Notes: generated from the sequence alone by a model not told the origin. A stretch of 64,000 bases of DNA from the human T2T-CHM13v2.0 reference genome, Homo sapiens (GCF_009914755.1 NC_060941.1); one strand, 5' to 3'; positions 24,101 through 39,100 are shown, numbered from the stretch's first letter. Numbers and translations are program-made.

Positions 24101-27100
24101 GCAGTTTCCAATCACTCTTTGTGTGGAATCTGCAAGTGGATATTTGGACCTATTTTGAAGATTTCGTTGGAAACGGGAGAATCTTCACAGGAAAGCTAAA
24201 CAGAAGCATTCTCAGAAACTTCTTTGTGATGCTTGCATTCAACTCACAGAGTTGAACTTTCCTTTCGAGAGAGAAGCTTTGAAACACTCTTTTTCCAGAA
24301 TCTGCAAGTGGACATTCGGAGGGCTTTGAGGCCTGTGGTGGAAAAGGAATTATCTTCCCGTAAAAGCTAGATAGAAGCATTCTCAGAAACTACTTTGTGA
24401 TGATTGCATTCAAGTCACAGAGTTGAACATTCCCTTTGACAGAGCAGTTTGGAAACTCTCTTTGTGTAGAATCTGCAAGTGGAGATATGGACCGCTTTGA
24501 GGCCTATGGTAGTAAAGGAAATAGCTTCATATAAAAGCTAGACAGTAGCATTCACAGAAAACTCTTGGTGACGACTGAGTTTAACTCACAGAGCTGAACA
24601 TTCCTTTGGATGGAGCAGTTTCGAAACACACTATTTGTAGAATGTGCAAGTGGATATTTAGGCCTCTCTGAGGATTTCGTTGGAAACGGGATAAACCGCA
24701 CAGAACTAAACAGAAGCATTCTCAGAACCTTCTTCGTGATGTTTCCATTCAACTCAAAGTGTTGAACCTTTCTTTGATAGTTCAGGTTTGAAACGGTCTT
24801 TCTGTAGAAACTGCAAGTAGATATTTGGACCGCTCTGAGGATTTCGTTGGAAACGGGATAACCCGCACAGAACTAAAACAGAAGCATTCTCAGAACCCTC
24901 TTCGTGATGTTTGCATTCAACTCACAGTGCTGAACCTTTCTTTGATAGTTCAGCTTTGAAACACTCTTTTTGTAGAAACTGCAAGTGGATATTTGGTCCT
25001 CTCTGAGCATTTCGTTGGAAACGGGATAAACTGCACAGAACTAAACAGAAGCATTCTCAGAACCTTCTTCGTGATGTCTGCATTCAACTCACAGTGTGGA
25101 ACCTTTCTTTGATAGTTCAGGTTTGAAACACTCTTTTTGTAGAAACTGCAAGGGGATAATTGCACTCTTTGAGGAGTACCGTAGTAAAGGAAATAACTTC
25201 CTATAAAAAGAAGACAGAAGCTTTCTCAGAAAATTCTTTGGGATGATTGAGTTGAACTCACAGAGCTGAGCATTCCTTGTGATGTAGCAGTTTAGAAACA
25301 CACTTTCTGCAGAATCTGCAAGTGCATATTTGGACCTCTGTGAGGAATTCGTTGGAAACGGGATAATTTCAGCTGACTAAACAGAAGCAGTCTCAGAATC
25401 TTCTTTGTGATGTTTGCATTCAAATCCCCGAGTTGAACTTTCCTTTCAAAGTTCACGTTTGAAACACTCTTTTTGCAGGATCTACAAGTGGATATTTGGA
25501 CCACTCTGTGTCCTTCGTTCGAAACGGGTATATCTTCACATGACATCTAGACAGAAGCATCCTCAGAAGCTTCTCTGTGATGACTGCATTCAACTCACGG
25601 AGTTGAACACTCCTTTTGAGAGCGCAGTTTTGAAACTCTCTTTCTGTGGCATCTGCAAGGGGACATGTAGACCTCTTTGAAGATTTCGTTGGAAACGGAA
25701 TCATCTTCACATAAAAACTACACAGATGCATTCTCAGGAACTTTTTGGTGATGTTTGTATTCAACTCCCAGAGTTGAACTTTCCTTTGGAAAGAGCAGCT
25801 ATGAAACACTGTTTTTCTAGAATCTGCAAGTGGACGTTTGGAGGGCTTTGTGGTTTGTGGTGGAAAAGGAAATATCTTCACCTAAATACTAGATAGAAGC
25901 ATTCTCAGAAACTGCTTTGTGATGATTGCATTCACCTCACAGAGTTGAACATTCCTATTGATAGAGCAGTTTGGAAACACTCTTGTTGTGGAATGTGCAA
26001 GTGGAGATTTGGAGCGCTTTGAGGCCTATGGTAGTAAAGGGAATAGCTTCATAGAAAAACTAGACAGAAGCATTCTCAGAAAATACTTTGTGATGATTGA
26101 GTTTAACTCACAGAGCTGAACATTCCTTTGGATGGAGCAGGTTTGAGACACACCTTTTGTAGAATCTACAAGTGGATATTTGGACCTCTCTGAGGATTTC
26201 GTTGGAAACGGGATAACTGCACCTAACTAAACGGAAGCATTCTCAGAAACTTCTTGGTGATGTTTGCATTCAAATCCCAGAGTTGAACCTTCCTTTGATA
26301 GTTCAGGTTTGAAACACTCTTTTTGTAGGATCTGCAAGTGGATATTTGGACCACTCTGTGGCCTTCGTTCGAAACGGGTATATCTTCGCATAAAATCTAG
26401 ACAGAAGCCTTCTCAGAAACTTCTCTGTGATGATTGCATTCAACTCACAGAGTTGAACCCTCCTATGGATAGAGCAGTGTTGAAACTCTCTTTTTGTGGA
26501 ATCTGCAAGTGGATATGTGGACCTCTCCGAAGATGTCTTTGGAAACGGGAATATCTTCACATAAAAACTAAACAGAAGCATTCTCAGAAACTTCTCTGTG
26601 ATGTTTGTGTTCAACTCCCAGAGTTTCACATTGCTTTTCATAGAGTAGTTCTGAAACATGCTTTTCGTAGTGTCTACAAGTGGACATTTGGAGCGCTTTC
26701 AGGCCTGTGGTGGAAAACGAATTATGGTCACATAAAAACTGGAGAGAAGCATTGTCAGAAACTTCTTTGTGATGATTGCATTCAACTCACAGAGTTGAAG
26801 GTTCCTTTTCAAAGAGCAGTTTCCAATCACTCTTTGTGTGGAATCTGCAAGTGGATATTTGGACCTATTTTGAAGATTTCGTTGGAAACGGGAGAATCTT
26901 CACAGGAAAGCTAAACAGAAGCATTCTCAGAAACTTCTTTGTGATGCTTGCATTCAACTCACAGAGTTGAACTTTCCTTTCGAGAGAGAAGCTTTGAAAC
27001 ACTCTTTTTCCAGAATCTGCAAGTGGACATTTGGAGGGCTTTGAGGCCTGTGGTGGAAAAGGAATTATCTTCCCGTAAAAGCTAGATAGAAGCATTCTCA

Positions 27101-30100
27101 GAAACTACTTTGTGATGATTGCATTCAAGTCACAGAGTTGAACATTCCCTTTGACAGAGCAGTTTGGAAACTCTCTTTGTGTAGAATCTGCAAGTGGAGA
27201 TATGGACCGCTTTGAGGCCTATGGTAGTAAAGGAAATAGCTTCATATAAAAGCTAGACAGTAGCATTCACAGAAAACTCTTGGTGACGACTGAGTTTAAC
27301 TCACAGAGCTGCACATTCCTTTGGATGGAGCAGTTTCGAAACACACTATTTGTAGAATGTGCAAGTGGATATTTAGGCCTCTCTGAGGATTTCGTTGGAA
27401 ACGGGATAAACCGCACAGAACTAAACAGAAGCATTCTCAGAACCTTCTTCGTGATGTTTGCATTCAACTCACAGTGTTGAACCTTTCTTTGATAGTTCAG
27501 GTTTGAAACGGTCTTTCTGTAGAAACTGCAAGTAGATATTTGGACCTCTCTGAGGATTTCGTTGGAAACGGGATAACCCGCACAGAACTAAAACAGAAGC
27601 ATTCTCAGAACCCTCTTCGTGATGTTTGCATTCAACTCACAGTGCTGAACCTTTCTTTGATAGTTCAGCTTTGAAACACTCTTTTTGTAGAAACTGCAAG
27701 TGGATATTTGGTCCTCTCTGAGGATTTCGTTGGAAACGGGATAAACTGCACAGAACTAAACAGAAGCATTCTCAGAACCTTCTTCGTGATGTCTGCATTC
27801 AACTCACAGTGTGGAACCTTTCTTTGATAGTTCAGGTTTGAAACACTCTTTTTGTAGAAACTGCAAGGGGATAATTGCACTCTTTGAGGAGTACCGTAGT
27901 AAAGGAAATAACTTCCTATAAAAAGAAGACAGAAGCTTTCTCAGAAAATTCTTTGGGATGATTGAGTTGAACTCACAGAGCTGAGCATTCCTTGCGATGT
28001 AGCAGTTTAGAAACACACTTTCTGCAGAATCTGCAAGTGCATATTTGGACCTCTGTGAGGAATTCGTTGGAAACGGGATAATTTCAGCTGACTAAACAGA
28101 AGCAGTCTCAGAATCTTCTTTGTGATGTTTGCATTCAAATCCCCGAGTTGAACTTTCCTTTCAAAGTTCACGTTTGAAACACTCTTTTTGCAGGATCTAC
28201 AAGTGGATATTTGGACCACTCTGTGTCCTTCGTTCGAAACGGGTATATCTTCACATGACATCTAGACAGAAGCATCCTCAGAAGCTTCTCTGTGATGACT
28301 GCATTCAACTCACGGAGTTGAACACTCCTTTTGAGAGCGCAGTTTTGAAACTCTCTTTCTGTGGCATCTGCAAGGGGACATGTAGACCTCTTTGAAGATT
28401 TCGTTGGAAACGGAATCATCTTCACATAAAAACTACACAGATGCATTCTCAGGAACTTTTTGGTGATGTTTGTATTCAACTCCCAGAGTTGAACTTTCCT
28501 TTGGAAAGAGCAGCTATGAAACACTCTTTTTCTAGAATCTGCAAGTGGACGTTTGGAGGGCTTTGTGGTTTGTGGTGGAAAAGGAAATATCTTCACCTAA
28601 ATACTAGATAGAAGCATTCTCAGAAACTGCTTTGTGATGATTGCATTCACCTCACAGAGTTGAACATTCCTATTGATAGAGCAGTTTGGAAACACTCTTG
28701 TTGTGGAATGTGCAAGTGGAGATTTGGAGCGCTTTGAGGCCTATGGTAGTAAAGGGAATAGCTTCATAGAAAAACTAGACAGAAGCATTCTCAGAAAATA
28801 CTTTGTGATGATTGAGTTTAACTCACAGAGCTGAACATTCCTTTGGATGGAGCAGGTTTGAGACACACCTTTTGTAGAATCTACAAGTGGATATTTGGAC
28901 CTCTCTGAGGATTTCGTTGGAAACGGGATAACTGCACCTAACTAAACGGAAGCATTCTCAGAAACTTCTTGGTGATGTTTGCATTCAAATCCCAGAGTTG
29001 AACCTTCCTTTGATAGTTCAGGTTTGAAACACTCTTTTTGTAGGATCTGCAAGTGGATATTTGGACCACTCTGTGGCCTTCGTTCGAAACGGGTATATCT
29101 TCGCATAAAATCTAGACAGAAGCCTTCTCAGAAACTTCTCTGTGATGATTGCATTCAACTCACAGAGTTGAACCCTCCTATGGATAGAGCAGTGTTGAAA
29201 CTCTCTTTTTGTGGAATCTGCAAGTGGATATGTGGACCTCTCCGAAGATGTCTTTGGAAACGGGAATATCTTCACATAAAAACTAAACAGAAGCATTCTC
29301 AGAAACTTCTCTGTGATGTTTGTGTTCAACTCCCAGAGTTTCACATTGCTTTTCATAGAGTAGTTCTGAAACATGCTTTTCGTAGTGTCTACAAGTGGAC
29401 ATTTGGAGCGCTTTCAGGCCTGTGGTGGAAAACGAATTATGGTCACATAAAAACTGGAGAGAAGCATTGTCAGAAACTTCTTTGTGATGATTGCATTCAA
29501 CTCACAGAGTTGAAGGTTCCTTTTCAAAGAGCAGTTTCCAATCACTCTTTGTGTGGAATCTGCAAGTGGATATTTGGACCTATTTTGAAGATTTCGTTGG
29601 AAACGGGAGAATCTTCACAGGAAAGCTAAACAGAAGCATTCTCAGAAACTTCTTTGTGATGCTTGCATTCAACTCACAGAGTTGAACTTTCCTTTCGAGA
29701 GAGAAGCTTTGAAACACTCTTTTTCCAGAATCTGCAAGTGGACATTTGGAGGGCTTTGAGGCCTGTGGTGGAAAAGGAATTATCTTCCCGTAAAAGCTAG
29801 ATAGAAGCATTCTCAGAAACTACTTTGTGATGATTGCATTCAAGTCACAGAGTTGAACATTCCCTTTGACAGAGCAGTTTGGAAACTCTCTTTGTGTAGA
29901 ATCTGCAAGTGGAGATATGGACCGCTTTGAGGCCTATGGTAGTAAAGGAAATAGCTTCATATAAAAGCTAGACAGTAGCATTCACAGAAAACTCTTGGTG
30001 ACGACTGAGTTTAACTCACAGAGCTGAACATTCCTTTGGATGGAGCAGTTTCGAAACACACTATTTGTAGAATGTGCAAGTGGATATTTAGGCCTCTCTG

Positions 30101-33100
30101 AGGATTTCGTTGGAAACGGGATAAACCGCACAGAACTAAACAGAAGCATTCTCAGAACCTTCTTCGTGATGTTTGCATTCAACTCACAGTGTTGAACCTT
30201 TCTTTGATAGTTCAGGTTTGAAACGGTCTTTCTGTAGAAACTGCAAGTAGATATTTGGACCTCTCTGAGGATTTCGTTGGAAACGGGATAACCCGCACAG
30301 AACTAAAACAGAAGCATTCTCAGAACCCTCTTCGTGATGTTTGCATTCAACTCACAGTGCTGAACCTTTCTTTGATAGTTCAGCTTTGAAACACTCTTTT
30401 TGTAGAAACTGCAAGTGGATATTTGGTCCTCTCTGAGGATTTCGTTGGAAACGGGATAAACTGCACAGAACTAAACAGAAGCATTCTCAGAACCTTCTTC
30501 GTGATGTCTGCATTCAACTCACAGTGTGGAACCTTTCTTTGATAGTTCAGGTTTGAAACACTCTTTTTGTAGAAACTGCAAGGGGATAATTGCACTCTTT
30601 GAGGAGTACCGTAGTAAAGGAAATAACTTCCTATAAAAAGAAGACAGAAGCTTTCTCAGAAAATTCTTTGGGATGATTGAGTTGAACTCACAGAGCTGAG
30701 CATTCCTTGCGATGTAGCAGTTTAGAAACACACTTTCTGCAGAATCTGCAAGTGCATATTTGGACCTCTGTGAGGAATTCGTTGGAAACGGGATAATTTC
30801 AGCTGACTAAACAGAAGCAGTCTCAGAATCTTCTTTGTGATGTTTGCATTCAAATCCCCGAGTTGAACTTTCCTTTCAAAGTTCACGTTTGAAACACTCT
30901 TTTTGCAGGATCTACAAGTGGATATTTGGACCACTCTGTGTCCTTCGTTCGAAACGGGTATATCTTCACATGACATCTAGACAGAAGCATCCTCAGAAGC
31001 TTCTCTGTGATGACTGCATTCAACTCACGGAGTTGAACACTCCTTTTGAGAGCGCAGTTTTGAAACTCTCTTTCTGTGGCATCTGCAAGGGGACATGTAG
31101 ACCTCTTTGAAGATTTCGTTGGAAACGGAATCATCTTCACATAAAAACTACACAGATGCATTCTCAGGAACTTTTTGGTGATGTTTGTATTCAACTCCCA
31201 GAGTTGAACTTTCCTTTGGAAAGAGCAGCTATGAAACACTCTTTTTCTAGAATCTGCAAGTGGACGTTTGGAGGGCTTTGTGGTTTGTGGTGGAAAAGGA
31301 AATATCTTCACCTAAATACTAGATAGAAGCATTCTCAGAAACTGCTTTGTGATGATTGCATTCACCTCACAGAGTTGAACATTCCTATTGATAGAGCAGT
31401 TTGGAAACACTCTTGTTGTGGAATGTGCAAGTGGAGATTTGGAGCGCTTTGAGGCCTATGGTAGTAAAGGGAATAGCTTCATAGAAAAACTAGACAGAAG
31501 CATTCTCAGAAAATACTTTGTGATGATTGAGTTTAACTCACAGAGCTGAACATTCCTTTGGATGGAGCAGGTTTGAGACACACCTTTTGTAGAATCTACA
31601 AGTGGATATTTGGACCTCTCTGAGGATTTCGTTGGAAACGGGATAACTGCACCTAACTAAACGGAAGCATTCTCAGAAACTTCTTGGTGATGTTTGCATT
31701 CAAATCCCAGAGTTGAACCTTCCTTTGATAGTTCAGGTTTGAAACACTCTTTTTGTAGGATCTGCAAGTGGATATTTGGACCACTCTGTGGCCTTCGTTC
31801 GAAACGGGTATATCTTCGCATAAAATCTAGACAGAAGCCTTCTCAGAAACTTCTCTGTGATGATTGCATTCAACTCACAGAGTTGAACCCTCCTATGGAT
31901 AGAGCAGTGTTGAAACTCTCTTTTTGTGGAATCTGCAAGTGGATATGTGGACCTCTCCGAAGATGTCTTTGGAAACGGGAATATCTTCACATAAAAACTA
32001 AACAGAAGCATTCTCAGAAACTTCTCTGTGATGTTTGTGTTCAACTCCCAGAGTTTCACATTGCTTTTCATAGAGTAGTTCTGAAACATGCTTTTCGTAG
32101 TGTCTACAAGTGGACATTTGGAGCGCTTTCAGGCCTGTGGTGGAAAACGAATTATGGTCACATAAAAACTGGAGAGAAGCATTGTCAGAAACTTCTTTGT
32201 GATGATTGCATTCAACTCACAGAGTTGAAGGTTCCTTTTCAAAGAGCAGTTTCCAATCACTCTTTGTGTGGAATCTGCAAGTGGATATTTGGACCTATTT
32301 TGAAGATTTCGTTGGAAACGGGAGAATCTTCACAGGAAAGCTAAACAGAAGCATTCTCAGAAACTTCTTTGTGATGCTTGCATTCAACTCACAGAGTTGA
32401 ACTTTCCTTTCGAGAGAGAAGCTTTGAAACACTCTTTTTCCAGAATCTGCAAGTGGACATTTGGAGGGCTTTGAGGCCTGTGGTGGAAAAGGAATTATCT
32501 TCCCGTAAAAGCTAGATAGAAGCATTCTCAGAAACTACTTTGTGATGATTGCATTCAAGTCACAGAGTTGAACATTCCCTTTGACAGAGCAGTTTGGAAA
32601 CTCTCTTTGTGTAGAATCTGCAAGTGGAGATATGGACCGCTTTGAGGCCTATGGTAGTAAAGGAAATAGCTTCATATAAAAGCTAGACAGTAGCATTCAC
32701 AGAAAACTCTTGGTGACGACTGAGTTTAACTCACAGAGCTGAACATTCCTTTGGATGGAGCAGTTTCGAAACACACTATTTGTAGAATGTACAAGTGGAT
32801 ATTTAGGCCTCTCTGAGGATTTCGTTGGAAACGGGATAAACCGCACAGAACTAAACAGAAGCATTCTCAGAACCTTCTTCGTGATGTTTGCATTCAACTC
32901 ACAGTGTTGAACCTTTCTTTGATAGTTCAGGTTTGAAACGGTCTTTCTGTAGAAACTGCAAGCAGATATTTGGACCTCTCTGAGGATTTCGTTGGAAACG
33001 GGATAACCCGCACAGAACTAAAACAGAAGCATTCTCAGAACCCTCTTCGTGATGTTTGCATTCAACTCACAGTGCAGAACCTTTCTTTGATAGTTCAGCT

Positions 33101-36100
33101 TTGAAACACTCTTTTTGTAGAAACTGCAAGTGGATATTTGGTCCTCTCTGAGCATTTCGTTGGAAACGGGATAAACTGCACAGACCTAAACAGAAGCATT
33201 CTCAGAACCTTCTTCGTGATGTCTGCATTCAACTCACAGTGTGGAACCTTTCTTTGATAGTTCAGGTTTGAAACACTCTTTTTGTAGAAACTGCAAGGGG
33301 ATAATTGCACTCTTTGAGGAGTACCGTAGTAAAGGAAATAACTTCCTATAAAAAGAAGACAGAAGCTTTCTCAGAAAATTCTTTGGGATGATTGAGTTGA
33401 ACTCACAGAGCTGAGCATTCCTTGCGATGTAGCAGTTTAGAAACACACTTTCTGCAGAATCTGCAAGTGCATATTTGGACCTCTGTGAGGAATTCGTTGG
33501 AAACGGGATAATTTCAGCTGACTAAACAGAAGCAGTCTCAGAATCTTCTTTGTGATGTTTGCATTCAAATCCCCGAGTTGAACTTTCCTTTCAAAGTTCA
33601 CGTTTGAAACACTCTTTTTGCAGGATCTACAAGTGGATATTTGGACCACTCTGTGTCCTTCGTTCGAAACGGGTATATCTTCACATGACATCTAGACAGA
33701 AGCATCCTCAGAAGCTTCTCTGTGATGACTGCATTCAACTCACGGAGTTGAACACTCCTTTTGAGAGCGCAGTTTTGAAACTCTCTTTCTGTGGCATCTG
33801 CAAGGGGACATGTAGACCTCTTTGAAGATTTCGTTGGAAACGGAATCATCTTCACATAAAAACTATACAGATGCATTCTCAGGAACTTTTTGGTGATGTT
33901 TGTATTCAACTCCCAGAGTTGAACTTTCCTTTGGAAAGAGCAGCTATGAAACACTGTTTTTCTAGAATCTGCAAGTGGACGTTTGGAGGGCTTTGTGGTT
34001 TGTGGTGGAAAAGGAAATATCTTCACCTAAATACTAGATAGAAGCATTCTCAGAAACTGCTTTGTGATGATTGCATTCACCTCACAGAGTTGAACATTCC
34101 TATTGATAGAGCAGTTTGGAAACACTCTTGTTGTGGAATGTGCAAGTGGAGATTTGGAGCGCTTTGAGGCCTATGGTAGTAAAGGGAATAGCTTCATAGA
34201 AAAACTAGACAGAAGCATTCTCAGAAAATACTTTGTGATGATTGAGTTTAACTCACAGAGCTGAACATTCCTTTGGATGGAGCAGGTTTGAGACACACTT
34301 TTTGTAGAATCTACAAGTGGATATTTGGACCTCTCTGAGGATTTCGTTGGAAACGGGATAACTGCACCTAACTAAACGGAAGCATTCTCAGAAACTTCTT
34401 GGTGATGTTTGCATTCAAATCCCAGAGTTGAACCTTCCTTTGATAGTTCAGGTTTGAAACACTCTTTTTGTAGGATCTGCAAGTGGATATTTGGACCACT
34501 CTGTGGCCTTCGTTCGAAACGGGTATATCTTCGCATAAAATCTAGACAGAAGCCTTCTCAGAAACTTCTCTGTGATGATTGCATTCAACTCACAGAGTTG
34601 AACCCTCCTATGGATAGAGCAGTGTTGAAACTCTCTTTTTGTGGAATCTGCAAGTGGATATGTGGACCTCTCCGAAGATGTCTTTGGAAACGGGAATATC
34701 TTCACATAAAAACTAAACAGAAGCATTCTCAGAAACTTCTCTGTGATGTTTGTGTTCAACTCCCAGAGTTTCACATTGCTTTTCATAGAGTAGTTCTGAA
34801 ACATGCTTTTCGTAGTGTCTACAAGTGGACATTTGGAGCGCTTTCAGGCCTGTGGTGGAAAACGAATTATGGTCACATAAAAACTGGAGAGAAGCATTGT
34901 CAGAAACTTCTTTGTGATGATTGCATTCAACTCACAGAGTTGAAGGTTCCTTTTCAAAGAGCAGTTTCCAATCACTCTTTGTGTGGAATCTGCAAGTGGA
35001 TATTTGGACCTATTTTGAAGATTTCGTTGGAAACGGGAGAATCTTCACAGGAAAGCTAAACAGAAGCATTCTCAGAAACTTCTTTGTGATGCTTGCATTC
35101 AACTCACAGAGTTGAACTTTCCTTTCGAGAGAGAAGCTTTGAAACACTCTTTTTCCAGAATCTGCAAGTGGACATTTGGAGGGCTTTGAGGCCTGTGGTG
35201 GAAAAGGAATTATCTTCCCGTAAAAGCTAGATAGAAGCATTCTCAGAAACTACTTTGTGATGATTGCATTCAAGTCACAGAGTTGAACATTCCCTTTGAC
35301 AGAGCAGTTTGGAAACTCTCTTTGTGTAGAATCTGCAAGTGGAGATATGGACCGCTTTGAGGCCTATGGTAGTAAAGGAAATAGCTTCATATAAAAGCTA
35401 GACAGTAGCATTCACAGAAAACTCTTGGTGACGACTGAGTTTAACTCACAGAGCTGAACATTCCTTTGGATGGAGCAGTTTCGAAACACACTATTTGTAG
35501 AATGTGCAAGTGGATATTTAGGCCTCTCTGAGGATTTCGTTGGAAACGGGATAAACCGCACAGAACTAAACAGAAGCATTCTCAGAACCTTCTTCGTGAT
35601 GTTTGCATTCAACTCACAGTGTTGAACCTTTCTTTGATAGTTCAGGTTTGAAACGGTCTTTCTGTAGAAACTGCAAGTAGATATTTGGACCTCTCTGAGG
35701 ATTTCGTTGGAAACGGGATAACCCGCACAGAACTAAAACAGAAGCATTCTCAGAACCCTCTTCGTGATGTTTGCATTCAACTCACAGTGCTGAACCTTTC
35801 TTTGATAGTTCAGCTTTGAAACACTCTTTTTGTAGAAACTGCAAGTGGATATTTGGTCCTCTCTGAGCATTTCGTTGGAAACGGGATAAACTGCACAGAC
35901 CTAAACAGAAGCATTCTCAGAACCTTCTTCGTGATGTCTGCATTCAACTCACAGTGTGGAACCTTTCTTTGATAGTTCAGGTTTGAAACACTCTTTTTGT
36001 AGAAACTGCAAGGGGATAATTGCACTCTTTGAGGAGTACCGTAGTAAAGGAAATAACTTCCTATAAAAAGAAGACAGAAGCTTTCTCAGAAAATTCTTTG

Positions 36101-39100
36101 GGATGATTGAGTTGAACTCACAGAGCTGAGCATTCCTTGCGATGTAGCAGTTTAGAAACACACTTTCTGCAGAATCTGCAAGTGCATATTTGGACCTCTG
36201 TGAGGAATTCGTTGGAAACGGGATAATTTCAGCTGACTAAACAGAAGCAGTCTCAGAATCTTCTTTGTGATGTTTGCATTCAAATCCCCGAGTTGAACTT
36301 TCCTTTCAAAGTTCACGTTTGAAACACTCTTTTTGCAGGATCTACAAGTGGATATTTGGACCACTCTGTGTCCTTCGTTCGAAACGGGTATATCTTCACA
36401 TGACATCTAGACAGAAGCATCCTCAGAAGCTTCTCTGTGATGACTGCATTCAACTCACGGAGTTGAACACTCCTTTTGAGAGCGCAGTTTTGAAACTCTC
36501 TTTCTGTGGCATCTGCAAGGGGACATGTAGACCTCTTTGAAGATTTCGTTGGAAACGGAATCATCTTCACATAAAAACTACACAGATGCATTCTCAGGAA
36601 CTTTTTGGTGATGTTTGTATTCAACTCCCAGAGTTGAACTTTCCTTTGGAAAGAGCAGCTATGAAACACTGTTTTTCTAGAATCTGCAAGTGGACGTTTG
36701 GAGGGCTTTGTGGTTTGTGGTGGAAAAGGAAATATCTTCACCTAAATACTAGATAGAAGCATTCTCAGAAACTGCTTTGTGATGATTGCATTCACCTCAC
36801 AGAGTTGAACATTCCTATTGATAGAGCAGTTTGGAAACACTCTTGTTGTGGAATGTGCAAGTGGAGATTTGGAGCGCTTTGAGGCCTATGGTAGTAAAGG
36901 GAATAGCTTCATAGAAAAACTAGACAGAAGCATTCTCAGAAAATACTTTGTGATGATTGAGTTTAACTCACAGAGCTGAACATTCCTTTGGATGGAGCAG
37001 GTTTGAGACACACTTTTTGTAGAATCTACAAGTGGATATTTGGACCTCTCTGAGGATTTCGTTGGAAACGGGATAACTGCACCTAACTAAACGGAAGCAT
37101 TCTCAGAAACTTCTTGGTGATGTTTGCATTCAAATCCCAGAGTTGAACCTTCCTTTGATAGTTCAGGTTTGAAACACTCTTTTTGTAGGATCTGCAAGTG
37201 GATATTTGGACCACTCTGTGGCCTTCGTTCGAAACGGGTATATCTTCGCATAAAATCTAGACAGAAGCCTTCTCAGAAACTTCTCTGTGATGATTGCATT
37301 CAACTCACAGAGTTGAACCCTCCTATGGATAGAGCAGTGTTGAAACTCTCTTTTTGTGGAATCTGCAAGTGGATATGTGGACCTCTCCGAAGATGTCTTT
37401 GGAAACGGGAATATCTTCACATAAAAACTAAACAGAAGCATTCTCAGAAACTTCTCTGTGATGTTTGTGTTCAACTCCCAGAGTTTCACATTGCTTTTCA
37501 TAGAGTAGTTCTGAAACATGCTTTTCGTAGTGTCTACAAGTGGACATTTGGAGCGCTTTCAGGCCTGTGGTGGAAAACGAATTATGGTCACATAAAAACT
37601 GGAGAGAAGCATTGTCAGAAACTTCTTTGTGATGATTGCATTCAACTCACAGAGTTGAAGGTTCCTTTTCAAAGAGCAGTTTCCAATCACTCTTTGTGTG
37701 GAATCTGCAAGTGGATATTTGGACCTATTTTGAAGATTTCGTTGGAAACGGGAGAATCTTCACAGGAAAGCTAAACAGAAGCATTCTCAGAAACTTCTTT
37801 GTGATGCTTGCATTCAACTCACAGAGTTGAACTTTCCTTTCGAGAGAGAAGCTTTGAAACACTCTTTTTCCAGAATCTGCAAGTGGACATTTGGAGGGCT
37901 TTGAGGCCTGTGGTGGAAAAGGAATTATCTTCCCGTAAAAGCTAGATAGAAGCATTCTCAGAAACTACTTTGTGATGATTGCATTCAAGTCACAGAGTTG
38001 AACATTCCCTTTGACAGAGCAGTTTGGAAACTCTCTTTGTGTAGAATCTGCAAGTGGAGATATGGACCGCTTTGAGGCCTATGGTAGTAAAGGAAATAGC
38101 TTCATATAAAAGCTAGACAGTAGCATTCACAGAAAACTCTTGGTGACGACTGAGTTTAACTCACAGAGCTGAACATTCCTTTGGATGGAGCAGTTTCGAA
38201 ACACACTATTTGTAGAATGTGCAAGTGGATATTTAGGCCTCTCTGAGGATTTCGTTGGAAACGGGATAAACCGCACAGAACTAAACAGAAGCATTCTCAG
38301 AACCTTCTTCGTGATGTTTGCATTCAACTCACAGTGTTGAACCTTTCTTTGATAGTTCAGGTTTGAAACGGTCTTTCTGTAGAAACTGCAAGTAGATATT
38401 TGGACCTCTCTGAGGATTTCGTTGGAAACGGGATAACCCGCACAGAACTAAAACAGAAGCATTCTCAGAACCCTCTTCGTGATGTTTGCATTCAACTCAC
38501 AGTGCTGAACCTTTCTTTGATAGTTCAGCTTTGAAACACTCTTTTTGTAGAAACTGCAAGTGGATATTTGGTCCTCTCTGAGCATTTCGTTGGAAACGGG
38601 ATAAACTGCACAGAACTAAACAGAAGCATTCTCAGAACCTTCTTCGTGATGTCTGCATTCAACTCACAGTGTGGAACCTTTCTTTGATAGTTCAGGTTTG
38701 AAACACTCTTTTTGTAGAAACTGCAAGGGGATAATTGCACTCTTTGAGGAGTACCGTAGTAAAGGAAATAACTTCCTATAAAAAGAAGACAGAAGCTTTC
38801 TCAGAAAATTCTTTGGGATGATTGAGTTGAACTCACAGAGCTGAGCATTCCTTGCGATGTAGCAGTTTAGAAACACACTTTCTGCAGAATCTGCAAGTGC
38901 ATATTTGGACCTCTGTGAGGAATTCGTTGGAAACGGGATAATTTCAGCTGACTAAACAGAAGCAGTCTCAGAATCTTCTTTGTGATGTTTGCATTCAAAT
39001 CCCCGAGTTGAACTTTCCTTTCAAAGTTCACGTTTGAAACACTCTTTTTGCAGGATCTACAAGTGGATATTTGGACCACTCTGTGTCCTTCGTTCGAAAC

